IMG/VR virus record: IMGVR_UViG_3300032266_001600
Location: 7,998 to 71,997 of that record
From: a virus
Lineage: Duplodnaviria; Caudoviricetes
Direction: 5' to 3' (one strand)
Length of the DNA: 64,000 nucleotides
Part shown: positions 12,201 to 19,577 of the stretch, in pieces
Position numbering within the stretch: the stretch's first letter is position 1
How the letters are laid out: each line of letters opens with the position of its first letter
Translations under genes and position numbers: made by a program
The notes under the pieces: model-generated
The model's input: the letters and a program-made list of their open reading frames with translations, nothing else
Told to the model about the DNA's origin: nothing
Database searches by the model: none

Positions 12201-12785
12201 AAAGCTACAGGAAATTCTCCAGCAGATATTTTTGGAACGGGATCCTCTGGAAGATTACCAGTTGGAAGAGCAAAAGGTTCTCCAAAAGGTGGAGAAAAAG
12301 ACAATATACCAGCATTATTAATGGGTGGAGAATATGTTGTAAATAAAAAAGCTGTTAAAAAATATGGGCAAAACTTTTTTGATAATTTAAACTATAGTAG
12401 AATTCCAAGATTCGCACAAGGTGGACCAGTCGGCTCAGAACGTATTAATGCTACTGCACAAAATTTTAATGGATTAAGTTCTCCAATTTATCAATCAATG
12501 CAACCAAATGGAAATTCAGATAGACAAATTGTAAGACAAAGCGTAGATCAAAGTCAAGATAATTCTTCTTCTACAAATATAACAAATAATGTAAATGTTA
12601 ACGTAACAGTAAGTCCTCAAGGCAACGTACAAACTGCAGTATCTCAAAATACAAACGGTAATAATACAAGTTCTAATTCTCAAATTGAAATTAATCAATC
12701 TAAAGACTTAGCCAATAAAATTAAGTTAGAAGTAGTTAAAATTATTGGAGAACAACAAAGACTAGGCGGAGTTCTTAGAAGATAA
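6267..12785 (+). CDS. Tail tape measure protein (TP901-type core) with accessory segments
   Basis: 2172 aa; TP901-like N-terminal region (ELARQGL...LANVDAAFAVSSGDLANAIQRVG...GNSLKTIFTRI); GFxPNFA x3; two GG...D...LLMGGEYV repeats near the C-terminus. Confidence 0.92.
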   Translation: MARTAATIPIGADTRQLERDIQIALSKDFKLKGLNEKAFTQPLGRITGATNEFQKSLDASNARVIAFGASAGIIYQVQKSFADLIRTTIDVEKSLKDINVILNASPATLKAFGDQLFDIAKNTGQTFKEVATAATELARQGLGVEETLKRTRDALILTRLSGLDTVSSVEALTSAVNSFSKVGLDSTVVINKLANVDAAFAVSSGDLANAIQRVGTTALDAGVNFDQLLAIVTSVQQTTARGGAVIGNSLKTIFTRIQRQDTLESLSGIGIAVKDLQGNTLPAIGILEQLARKFDSLSDSQKSVIAEQVGGVFQINILKAALGDLSKEYSVYTNALDVAGSSTDQAIQRNEELNQTVSALLNKTLANVTRVGSQIGESAFKPTINNLLTTLNKGLDAFSLDTSTTGGKIGKGLVEGIGTFISGPGIVLLTAIIGKLFLNLSKFALDSLKSFLSLNQAAEQRTLIQQKILDIISKEPQLIASVLSKQINLLQIEDQILSTIKAQTLERQRAASIASQLTGNLVNRGVVVGKGNILTTSAKTRSEGHLPEIYGALAGGYVPGQVKQMIMPGEGKIIYNDAETIKKFPGMSQPAILPPYSSEAGKKYEKDFSNKFGFNPYASQGFVPNFALAGAKLDSYIQKEFAKKGFISISADEAAVAKNSGIPVKYLYGDYPFIEQKYRTNLTSLYKTVEEEKAGVRAINIKEQMGVGGFSNKRPFSNYGVVFPSFSQDAPGISAGYVTDAKKQRRSYRFKTFPFPAANFDINEKLYEDIRKNLIDISANYFRGLITKPQLVDTNRFKVNIQSNLSRSAVESSLGQVFEAGIKSSISSTTLSEIEGFDLSADELSRIQKRFKLPYGNFGVASQVDLKNSLSEGNLNSMARKIYRFENPADNISKTKARYNGFIPNFAALQKALDAEIAMGGQPVIDFQKNIGLYVRDGNTQKSFSDVKKDHPEGMQNAIKNSKILQTSFNRGFTPNFAPLVNTSKPISPLSQQIAEANIRGGLNYSNLQTSVKILEDAGVRNAYSINNATSRLTKFGDSMRNIASTVDRFNQKMEGTILTLSFLAPSLIQTAAQFAPQNAATQAKYNTASQVTQYGGLGFQAGIPLAAAAAPVIGPYAAAIPLATAAVGAGYGAYAGSKQGEEMLKQEKVQSLSKELAILQDRFNQTQGAIQQVTPLIDQYKRTLSLEGPNDIKQANLDIIFEKIVDQVSMLPVDIQSGVLDKIREGKFEEIGSLMAQNFAKGAAEVRSKEIAVFFESLNTQGGIQSKEEAKVAARALLDVRSNETGLRYTTTLAKTEEGRKKIDNVIGQLNDLSQLKGIKNNVDLKTLQGVETSIDSTGQLTLSKQLAGKQGSMQYAGAFVDSLMKDMSNTKGKDYLADGKAPENNKKIAQETANAASTLEKFVDTLKEIYTDADGKVAPEFEDVANKAIKIAISSGNLDDAVKFTVEELRRTKAAAGQLTEKFLRSIQTTQDFIDSYRNDLKKLGALSAGNIQTYLKTLGQGEDFAPDKLLGMEYEKQLRQINSDILNQDRRDEVVKNITEQEVILREKLKSRIITEDQYRNALLALIENQKTENKRANGLMFADQYKQEKQQQRETRLLAGKSVGEGRKALDVADAFFTEFDYKTEDLYRDLQNGAMDTAKTIKSEMGNAFQSIIDNSQTADQAFTNMALNISRRIQQLALEAAISQTFSSLFQGTGLSDIFKFSSGGPVKNYATGGEVTGGSKQKDDVLSLLMGGEYVIKKSAVNRYGVNFLDQLNNLKIPKMADGGVLRKGGESQYISMTNTSRKPSAEEVNASEAMRLAQLQRDVVDLPGENPNSGGGFFYQGTANYQYNDPLYPTDGQFNIDSNLNAAALYDTNNPQNDILKQRYVDLQDYLAERINSKDAYDKQYAEEIKNIEEANARQRQMIDQINQAQRNAYYQARNNQLIGGALTAGTILGAGAFSQYVSPYIKNFLSPGGGSPFKAGNLFGSSEIRKATGNSPADIFGTGSSGRLPVGRAKGSPKGGEKDNIPALLMGGEYVVNKKAVKKYGQNFFDNLNYSRIPRFAQGGPVGSERINATAQNFNGLSSPIYQSMQPNGNSDRQIVRQSVDQSQDNSSSTNITNNVNVNVTVSPQGNVQTAVSQNTNGNNTSSNSQIEINQSKDLANKIKLEVVKIIGEQQRLGGVLRR

Positions 12786-14243
12786 TTAATTATTATATCT
12801 AAAAGAAAAATTAATCATTATTTTTTCATCAATAACTTGTGCACTATTTAAACCATCTTTATTAAATTTTGGATATTTAATAGAAAATATTAAATGTAAA
12901 TAATTTGAATCATTTATATTTTCATAATATTTTCTAACATAAGATAAGTTAGATGAACAATTATATAAAATTATGTCTTGCTGTTCTGTAAGTAAAGTTG
13001 TAAAATCTAAATACATTACATATTCATTTTCTTTTTCTTCAATTTCAATTATTTTTATATGAGAAATATTTAAAGATTTAAAGTAAGGTAAATCTAATAG
13101 TATATCATAGTATTTCGATTCATCTATATTATAGTATCCTAAAGTTTGATTAAGATTTTGATCTACTATTTCTAATATACTAGAATCTATTTCTGGCCCA
13201 GTATTCAAGCATATTGTATTTAAATTATTAGAGCCTTTTGATTTTGGGAAATACTTATAATAATTAATATTATTAATTAATAAGTTTATATCTGGCCACG
13301 CAAGATTAGAAAAACTTTCTTTATTAAACAAATAAACATAACCCTGAAAATTAATTAATTCTAAAATAGAACCAGATTTATATAAATTATTATAAACTAA
13401 TTTATTTATTATAAAATTATTAATAAAATTTTTAATATTTTCATTATCTTTTATACTTTTTAATACAGCCGTCTCAAATGGCAATAATGGGTATATTTCT
13501 ATATTTAAATTTTGAGATTCTTCTAGAATTTCATTTTCTATAAATGGCAAACTTAATATTTTAGTATCATCAACAGTGTCTAACCATTTAGATTGTACGT
13601 CTTCTACAAATACAGGGCTTAAATCTATTTGAGAATTACCATTTATAGCTTTCGCAAATATAATAAAAGAATTTATATTAGTATCATTAAATGATGATGG
13701 ATTAAATTTTATTTTTAAATTTAAATTATCAGAACTTCTATATACTTTGCTTATAGATTGATTAAGTAGATCTTTATTAATAGTTTTATCATATTCCACA
13801 AAACAAGTATAGCTTATTTGAAAAGAATCATTATGAGTTATCTTAATGAATAATTTTTCATAAAATCCATCATATCCATTTTTTTCTTTAAATAATCTAA
13901 AATTTTCTTCTATAGGAAATGTAAAATTATTTTTAACTATATTTTGATTAGAAAACATTTCCATTTTTTTTCTAGGATTAGCACAAATAAGAGCTGGATT
14001 TCTATTTATAATTTTTTGTCTTGCTTCTAAACTGGCCAAAGATATAGAACCAATTTCGTTGGAGCTAGGTATATGTTCGTATATATAAATTAATTCATTA
14101 TTTTCATTAGAAATTTCTACATTAAAAGAGGGAAAACCTTTATGTAAGCGTTCAGATAAAATATCAGCTGATAAATCTCTTTGTGATTCCCATAAAATGG
14201 TAATATCTTTTTTATTAGTTTGAAATGAATCTATATTTATCAT
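12786..14243 (-). CDS. Hypothetical protein at the end of the tail-tip operon
   Basis: 485 aa, N/I/K-rich, ATGA overlap with the J-like gene; no recognisable motif. Confidence 0.6.
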   Translation of the reverse strand: MINIDSFQTNKKDITILWESQRDLSADILSERLHKGFPSFNVEISNENNELIYIYEHIPSSNEIGSISLASLEARQKIINRNPALICANPRKKMEMFSNQNIVKNNFTFPIEENFRLFKEKNGYDGFYEKLFIKITHNDSFQISYTCFVEYDKTINKDLLNQSISKVYRSSDNLNLKIKFNPSSFNDTNINSFIIFAKAINGNSQIDLSPVFVEDVQSKWLDTVDDTKILSLPFIENEILEESQNLNIEIYPLLPFETAVLKSIKDNENIKNFINNFIINKLVYNNLYKSGSILELINFQGYVYLFNKESFSNLAWPDINLLINNINYYKYFPKSKGSNNLNTICLNTGPEIDSSILEIVDQNLNQTLGYYNIDESKYYDILLDLPYFKSLNISHIKIIEIEEKENEYVMYLDFTTLLTEQQDIILYNCSSNLSYVRKYYENINDSNYLHLIFSIKYPKFNKDGLNSAQVIDEKIMINFSFRYNN

Positions 14244-17200
14244 AATATATTTACTCCACTTGCAACAACAACTGCTGGTATAGTTTGTTGAGATAATTGT
14301 ATTTGTTTTGTAGCAGTATCAGAAAATTCATTCGAATTATTTTCTGCAATTAAAGTAACAGTATAATCTCCACTTACCGTAGGAGTAAAATATGGTGGAA
14401 TTGTTGTTGCGGTATAAGTATTAGTTGGTAAATTATTATAAATAGAAAATAAATCTTTGGCTGGCGGTAAAGAAGAAGAAGAGAATGATTGAAGTCCACT
14501 TGAAACGTAAACTTTATAATTAGACACTATTCCTGAGCCTCTTGGTCCACTTTTCCCAGTAATAAGATATGCGACACTGTTCAATCCTTTTGTTTGATAT
14601 GAATTATAATATAGCGAGTTAGATCCTGTTTTATTTCCCAATTGATCTCTATATAAAATTTGTAATCCTAAATCTGGTGTTTCTGGTATAGGATTTTTCT
14701 CTGGAACAGTTATTAATGCTACTCCTGTATCAATATCTACATACTTTAATGGATTATATTCTAGGCAAGATATATTATAAGTATTTTTTTCTTTTTCTTG
14801 TATATTAATTATTCTATATGATTGAAGTTTGTCTAAATACGACTCTAAATACCATCCATCATATAATAAATTACCAGGAACAAATTGTGTTGGATATCTA
14901 TTTTTAATTCCACTTGTATAACCACCATAATCACCAGTGGTACTTACATCAATCGACCAAATTGCATTATTAGGTAAATTATAATCTTTATTATCTAATC
15001 CGTATGTGCCAAATTTTACATCTGTAAATCCAGCATTTTTATTATACAAAGAACTATCAAAATAAAGTCTATTTCCCACTGACCTAGCTTCTTTATATAT
15101 ATTATCATTTCCACTTAAAAAGTTAACATATTGCCCATCGTAATCAATTGTGTATGTTTCATTTTTATTGTAATTTGTCCATGTTATTCCTGATAATACT
15201 GATCCATTCAATCTAATTTGCAATGTACCATCAGCTATAAAATACCAAGCATAATCTAAATCAGCGTAAGATGTGCTCGTAGCTGGATCGGAGTTTAATC
15301 CAAACATATAATAACCGCCATAGTTATTAACTGGAACAACTTTTGCAAATACTTTATCATAATATCCTTCTTGAGAATAAACTTGAGTATCATCCCATGA
15401 TACAGTATCTAATGTTTTCACAAAACCATTGCCATTATTTCCACTATAAGCTACATTTCCTTGAGTTATCACAGGGGTAAATTGTGAGGTTGTATTTATT
15501 GTATTTTTATCAAAGACTATTCTTATTTTATCTCCAAAATATCCAGTTCCACTAGTTATATAGTTTTTAGTATTATTAATTTTTAAATTTTGTATTTGAT
15601 TTTTTCTGAATAATTTTGTGTTAAGACCACTTATTGAACCATCAGATTTTAAATCATAACCCGTAACTAGTTCATCTCCCAATTTTGTTCCTAAACTTAA
15701 ATTGTAGGTAGGAGTCAAAGTACTAAAGATAAAACTTTGATTTACTCCAGTTAATATATATTTATTATACTCATTATATTCAATATCTAATGTTGCACTG
15801 CCTGAATTTAATTCTATTGTTCTTCCAGCGTATATTTTATTTCTTCTATTTTGATCATATATTTTAATTACATCTCCTGGCCTTAATAAAGATCCTTCTA
15901 AACTAGTTTCAAAATTTACGGTTTCTGTTTCTAAGTTTTCACTAGCAAGAAACCACTTACCTAATCTTCTAGCTTGACTACCTCTAGTTCCACCAAAAGA
16001 TGCAATTTCAACTTCTCGAATTCCATATCTCATCATGCTAGTTTTATCTTCTACATATTCATACGCAGGTTTAAAATTATTATCTTCATCATTATATCGT
16101 ACCATTGCTACAGATCGTCTTGTTCGTTTAGCGCTATCTGAATAAGTAAAATTACCATTTATGACATTACTATTATTAAATAAATATATTGGTTCTTTTG
16201 GTCTATCTTGACTTATAAATATTTGTCCAGCCATATAATAAGGCAAAGCATTAAATATAGAAGCCATATCATTTATTATTCTATACGCTTCTGTTCTAGT
16301 ATTGATATATAAATTACAAGTAAATCTTGGTTCGAGACCTCCTCTTCCATCTGGAACTAATTGATCACAATATTGCGAAGCTTCGTAAAGAGTCCATTTA
16401 TCAACTAATGATGGATCTACATATTTTCCTAAACCAAATCTATTATTTGTTATCATGTCATAATAACACCAAGCTGGATTATCTGTCCATGCTAATTTAA
16501 ATTTACCATTCCAAGATCCATTATATGTTTTTAAAATAGGATCATAATTTTCTGGTACTTTAACTTTTAATAATTTTACATAATATGATCTTTCTGGTAT
16601 ACTGTTAAAATATCTAGCATCAAAAGTACTATGAACTAATGCTGCGTTTGGGAAGGTAAATCTATCTCCATAAATATAAGATAAACTAGTAACTTCTATA
16701 TTATTTGCTGTATATGCCGATATATTTTCCGCAGTCATTTTAGTGATATCTAAAACCCAGCCGATTTGATTAGGCAAAACTCTAATTGGAAAACCATTAT
16801 CTTTATACTGTCTAAACCAAAATGTATAATGCGCCACCATTGGAGCCGTTATTTTTCCATAAAATTGTATATTATCTGCGGTATAAAGATATGGATTATC
16901 TGCAGTAGCCGTATCAATTGTAGCCAATGATTCTGTTCTGTCAGAAAATAATCTATATAATCTTAATTGAACTTTTACTTGATTTCTATCCATTTCTCCG
17001 ACCCTGTTTCCAGTAAGATTTTGATAATACAAAGCGTTTAATTTAAAAAATATTTTAACTGCTTGTATGTCTGTATCGTATATGTAATATCTTCTTGGAG
17101 TTGCATATCCAGAGTTTTCGCTTTGATAATAATTTCCTCCATATAAACTTTCATTTATTAATTTAGTTGATGCGCTTTGAATTGGATATTTATTTATATC

Positions 17201-18049
17201 TACTTTATTTCCATCCCAATGAAATCTATCTTGATATAAATTTACATAAGGATTTGAAATTGTATGATTATTCGGTTCTCCATTTGTATATTTATAATTT
17301 GCATATTGGAAGTTCATGAAACCTCTCATGGTCGCAATAGGTGTATTATTCCAAAATATTGATCTTGTTTCTGGAGTAGCTTTAAAAAAGCTTAACGCTC
17401 CTTTCCCTGCTGCTGTACCAGTATTATTTGTATAAGGAGAAAATTTAGCAGATGTATATCCAATATCTCCCGCTTTTTTGCCTGATAGATTATAAATGTA
17501 ATCACCAGTAACAAATCCTTCTATTGGTCCTTCTGAAATTAAATCTAAAATATTTATTTTAAGCAATGAAGCTATACTTTGATCAAATTTTCTATATCCT
17601 GTTCCTGTAATAATTTTTGGATCATAAAGCGGATTTACATCTTGCCTTGGAAGTTGAAAGTAAGATCTTAAATTTGGAGCACCAACATTATAATTAACTT
17701 TTTGAATATAATCTCTCCAATCCATTCTGCCCCAACCAAGTGCGTAGTCTGTTCCAGCCGAATAAGGATCAGTATTTTGTTGAGCAACTGATGCTGGCAT
17801 GTATATGTATCCAGTCATTCCATAAATAGGACATGCAGGACCATAATTGCCACTTACTTCGCTAGGAAAAGCGGCTGAATCTACAAAACCTCCAAAAGAA
17901 TCTTTTCCACTAAAAATTAAACAATTAAGTCCTCCCATATAATCTGCAGCTAAACTATCTGGAAAATCTAATCCTCCCATATTATTTCCGAAATTAGATG
18001 GATACTCTAATCCTTCTAAACCTTCCATTACTGAATTGACGTCTGGCAT
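14240..18049 (-). CDS. Lambda J-like tail tip/central fibre (tip attachment) protein
   Basis: LDLISEGPIEG; WTDNPAWCYYDMITNNRFGLG; EPRFTCN; QARRLGKW; LRPGDVIKI. Confidence 0.9.
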   Translation of the reverse strand: MPDVNSVMEGLEGLEYPSNFGNNMGGLDFPDSLAADYMGGLNCLIFSGKDSFGGFVDSAAFPSEVSGNYGPACPIYGMTGYIYMPASVAQQNTDPYSAGTDYALGWGRMDWRDYIQKVNYNVGAPNLRSYFQLPRQDVNPLYDPKIITGTGYRKFDQSIASLLKINILDLISEGPIEGFVTGDYIYNLSGKKAGDIGYTSAKFSPYTNNTGTAAGKGALSFFKATPETRSIFWNNTPIATMRGFMNFQYANYKYTNGEPNNHTISNPYVNLYQDRFHWDGNKVDINKYPIQSASTKLINESLYGGNYYQSENSGYATPRRYYIYDTDIQAVKIFFKLNALYYQNLTGNRVGEMDRNQVKVQLRLYRLFSDRTESLATIDTATADNPYLYTADNIQFYGKITAPMVAHYTFWFRQYKDNGFPIRVLPNQIGWVLDITKMTAENISAYTANNIEVTSLSYIYGDRFTFPNAALVHSTFDARYFNSIPERSYYVKLLKVKVPENYDPILKTYNGSWNGKFKLAWTDNPAWCYYDMITNNRFGLGKYVDPSLVDKWTLYEASQYCDQLVPDGRGGLEPRFTCNLYINTRTEAYRIINDMASIFNALPYYMAGQIFISQDRPKEPIYLFNNSNVINGNFTYSDSAKRTRRSVAMVRYNDEDNNFKPAYEYVEDKTSMMRYGIREVEIASFGGTRGSQARRLGKWFLASENLETETVNFETSLEGSLLRPGDVIKIYDQNRRNKIYAGRTIELNSGSATLDIEYNEYNKYILTGVNQSFIFSTLTPTYNLSLGTKLGDELVTGYDLKSDGSISGLNTKLFRKNQIQNLKINNTKNYITSGTGYFGDKIRIVFDKNTINTTSQFTPVITQGNVAYSGNNGNGFVKTLDTVSWDDTQVYSQEGYYDKVFAKVVPVNNYGGYYMFGLNSDPATSTSYADLDYAWYFIADGTLQIRLNGSVLSGITWTNYNKNETYTIDYDGQYVNFLSGNDNIYKEARSVGNRLYFDSSLYNKNAGFTDVKFGTYGLDNKDYNLPNNAIWSIDVSTTGDYGGYTSGIKNRYPTQFVPGNLLYDGWYLESYLDKLQSYRIINIQEKEKNTYNISCLEYNPLKYVDIDTGVALITVPEKNPIPETPDLGLQILYRDQLGNKTGSNSLYYNSYQTKGLNSVAYLITGKSGPRGSGIVSNYKVYVSSGLQSFSSSSLPPAKDLFSIYNNLPTNTYTATTIPPYFTPTVSGDYTVTLIAENNSNEFSDTATKQIQLSQQTIPAVVVASGVNIL

Positions 18050-18052
18050 ATA

Positions 18053-19225
18053 TTATAATCCTGCGTTTGTTGGATTTTGATCCACTAACATACAATCTTC
18101 ATTAAATAAAAATTGTACTCCTCCTACTGCGTTATCTTGTAAAGTAGTTGCATCTTTATTAGCTCTCATTGTGGCTTTATACAATACTTCATAAGAAACT
18201 TGAACTATATTTGATCCAATAATTAATTTACCATATCCTACTGGCACAGGTCCACCTTCGCCCATGATATTTGTTGGACCATTAAATAAATAAGAAATTG
18301 GTCCACCATTTACTCCTCCCGTCCCTTGACCTCCTGGTATTTCTGGAACTTGACCTGGATCATATGGAGATGGTTGTTGAGGATTGTATGGAATACTTGG
18401 TGGTGGTTTAGATAATAGAGCAGTAACTCCGCTTGATAATAAAGCTAAAACTGCTAATAATAATTGAGGCAACAAAGGGCCAAAGAAACTTAATAAAAAG
18501 TCTCCAGCATCAGCAAAAAAATCTTCACCTACTCCGCCCCCTCCTGGTGGTGGTGGAGGTGGAGTTCCTCCCCCTCCTGGTGGTGGTGGAGGTGGTGGTG
18601 GAGGAGGTGGTGGAGTTGATCCGCCTCCTCCGCCTGGAGGAGTTGGTGGCGGTGGCGGTGATGGCTGTGGTGGTGGAGGTGGACTAGGAGGTGGCGGAGG
18701 TGGCGGTGATGGCTGTGGTGGTGGAGGTGGAGGTGGTCTAGGAGGTGGCGGAGGTGGATTAAAAAATGGAGGTGGAGGTGGACTGAAAAAAAATGGTGGA
18801 GGTGGAGGTGGACTGAAAAAAAATGGTGGAGGTGGAGGTGGACTGAAAAAAAATGGTGGAGGTGGAGGTGGAGTATATGTAAAATATGAAGAACTCACAT
18901 TATTATTTTTTCCTCCTCCTCCGTAAAAAGTATAAGCTGCACCTTTAGCGACTGGAAGAATATCTATAGTTTGCAATTTTTCACCAAAATTAATAACAAG
19001 ATCTGATTTTAAAGTATAATACTCTTCATTTTTGTTAAATTCAACAGGTTTTTTATTTATTAATGTTGCATACTTATAGTCTTTATGATTATCTATAATC
19101 CATTTTCTGAATTTTTTAGTATTAGCTTCTATAGCTCTTAAAGCTTCAGAAACGCTCGAAACTTCTAAATCCCATTCTGGTCCTAGATCGTTTCCTAATT
19201 TACCATGAAGAATAACTTTAACCAT
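18053..19225 (-). CDS. Lambda I-like tail assembly protein with a long proline-rich insertion
   Basis: Ubiquitin-like N-terminus (VILHGKLG...EALRAI...DILPVAKG), Pro/Gly tract, hydrophobic helix, C-terminal GGPVPVGYGKLIIGS. Confidence 0.85.
   Translation of the reverse strand: MVKVILHGKLGNDLGPEWDLEVSSVSEALRAIEANTKKFRKWIIDNHKDYKYATLINKKPVEFNKNEEYYTLKSDLVINFGEKLQTIDILPVAKGAAYTFYGGGGKNNNVSSSYFTYTPPPPPPFFFSPPPPPPFFFSPPPPPPFFFSPPPPPFFNPPPPPPRPPPPPPPQPSPPPPPPPSPPPPPQPSPPPPPTPPGGGGGSTPPPPPPPPPPPPGGGGTPPPPPPGGGGVGEDFFADAGDFLLSFFGPLLPQLLLAVLALLSSGVTALLSKPPPSIPYNPQQPSPYDPGQVPEIPGGQGTGGVNGGPISYLFNGPTNIMGEGGPVPVGYGKLIIGSNIVQVSYEVLYKATMRANKDATTLQDNAVGGVQFLFNEDCMLVDQNPTNAGL
18781..18870 (-). repeat. Perfect 30-bp tandem repeat x3 encoding PPPPPPFFFS
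   Basis: + strand GACTGAAAAAAAATGGTGGAGGTGGAGGTG at 18781, 18811 and 18841; each unit contains an A8 run. Confidence 0.95.
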
Positions 19226-19577
19226 GAGTCACTTCTCCTGTTTCATAATTATATATTTTAAATATATTTAATTCAACTATATATAAAATTAAATTTTTCA
19301 TTAAATTTTTTGCACAGATCATATCTGGTTCTGAAAAATCTATATAATTTTTATCTGCATGACTATGATATATGTAATCTATATTATAATTATTTTGTAT
19401 AACTAAAAAATAATATGGATCTATGCAAAATTCTATATTGTTATCAGATATATTTTTTGCTTCTATGTGATCTAAATTACCTAATTTATCTCTCACGACA
19501 AAACCACAACATTCTTTTGGATAAATTTTATCTGCATGATTTCTAATAAAATTTTTAGTTATTTGTAAAAGTTTCAT
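19218..19577 (-). CDS. Lambda K-like JAB/MPN metalloprotease domain protein (no NlpC/P60 domain)
   Basis: YPKECCGF...YHSHAD...DFSEPD matches the JAMM motif E...HxH...S..D. Confidence 0.85.
   Translation of the reverse strand: MKLLQITKNFIRNHADKIYPKECCGFVVRDKLGNLDHIEAKNISDNNIEFCIDPYYFLVIQNNYNIDYIYHSHADKNYIDFSEPDMICAKNLMKNLILYIVELNIFKIYNYETGEVTHG

Noticed and set aside
11400-12430. Duplicated GG...D...LLMGGEYV segments in the tape measure C-terminus as a novelty
   Set aside because: This motif is common in siphophage tape measure proteins; recorded under the feature only.
18433-18687. Plus-strand ORF or poly-Gly reading over the Pro repeat
   Set aside because: Antisense shadow of the I-like gene, whose conserved ends fix the minus-strand frame.
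18530-18880. CRISPR array or mini-array
   Set aside because: The repeats are contiguous with no unique spacers and are in frame within a coding sequence.
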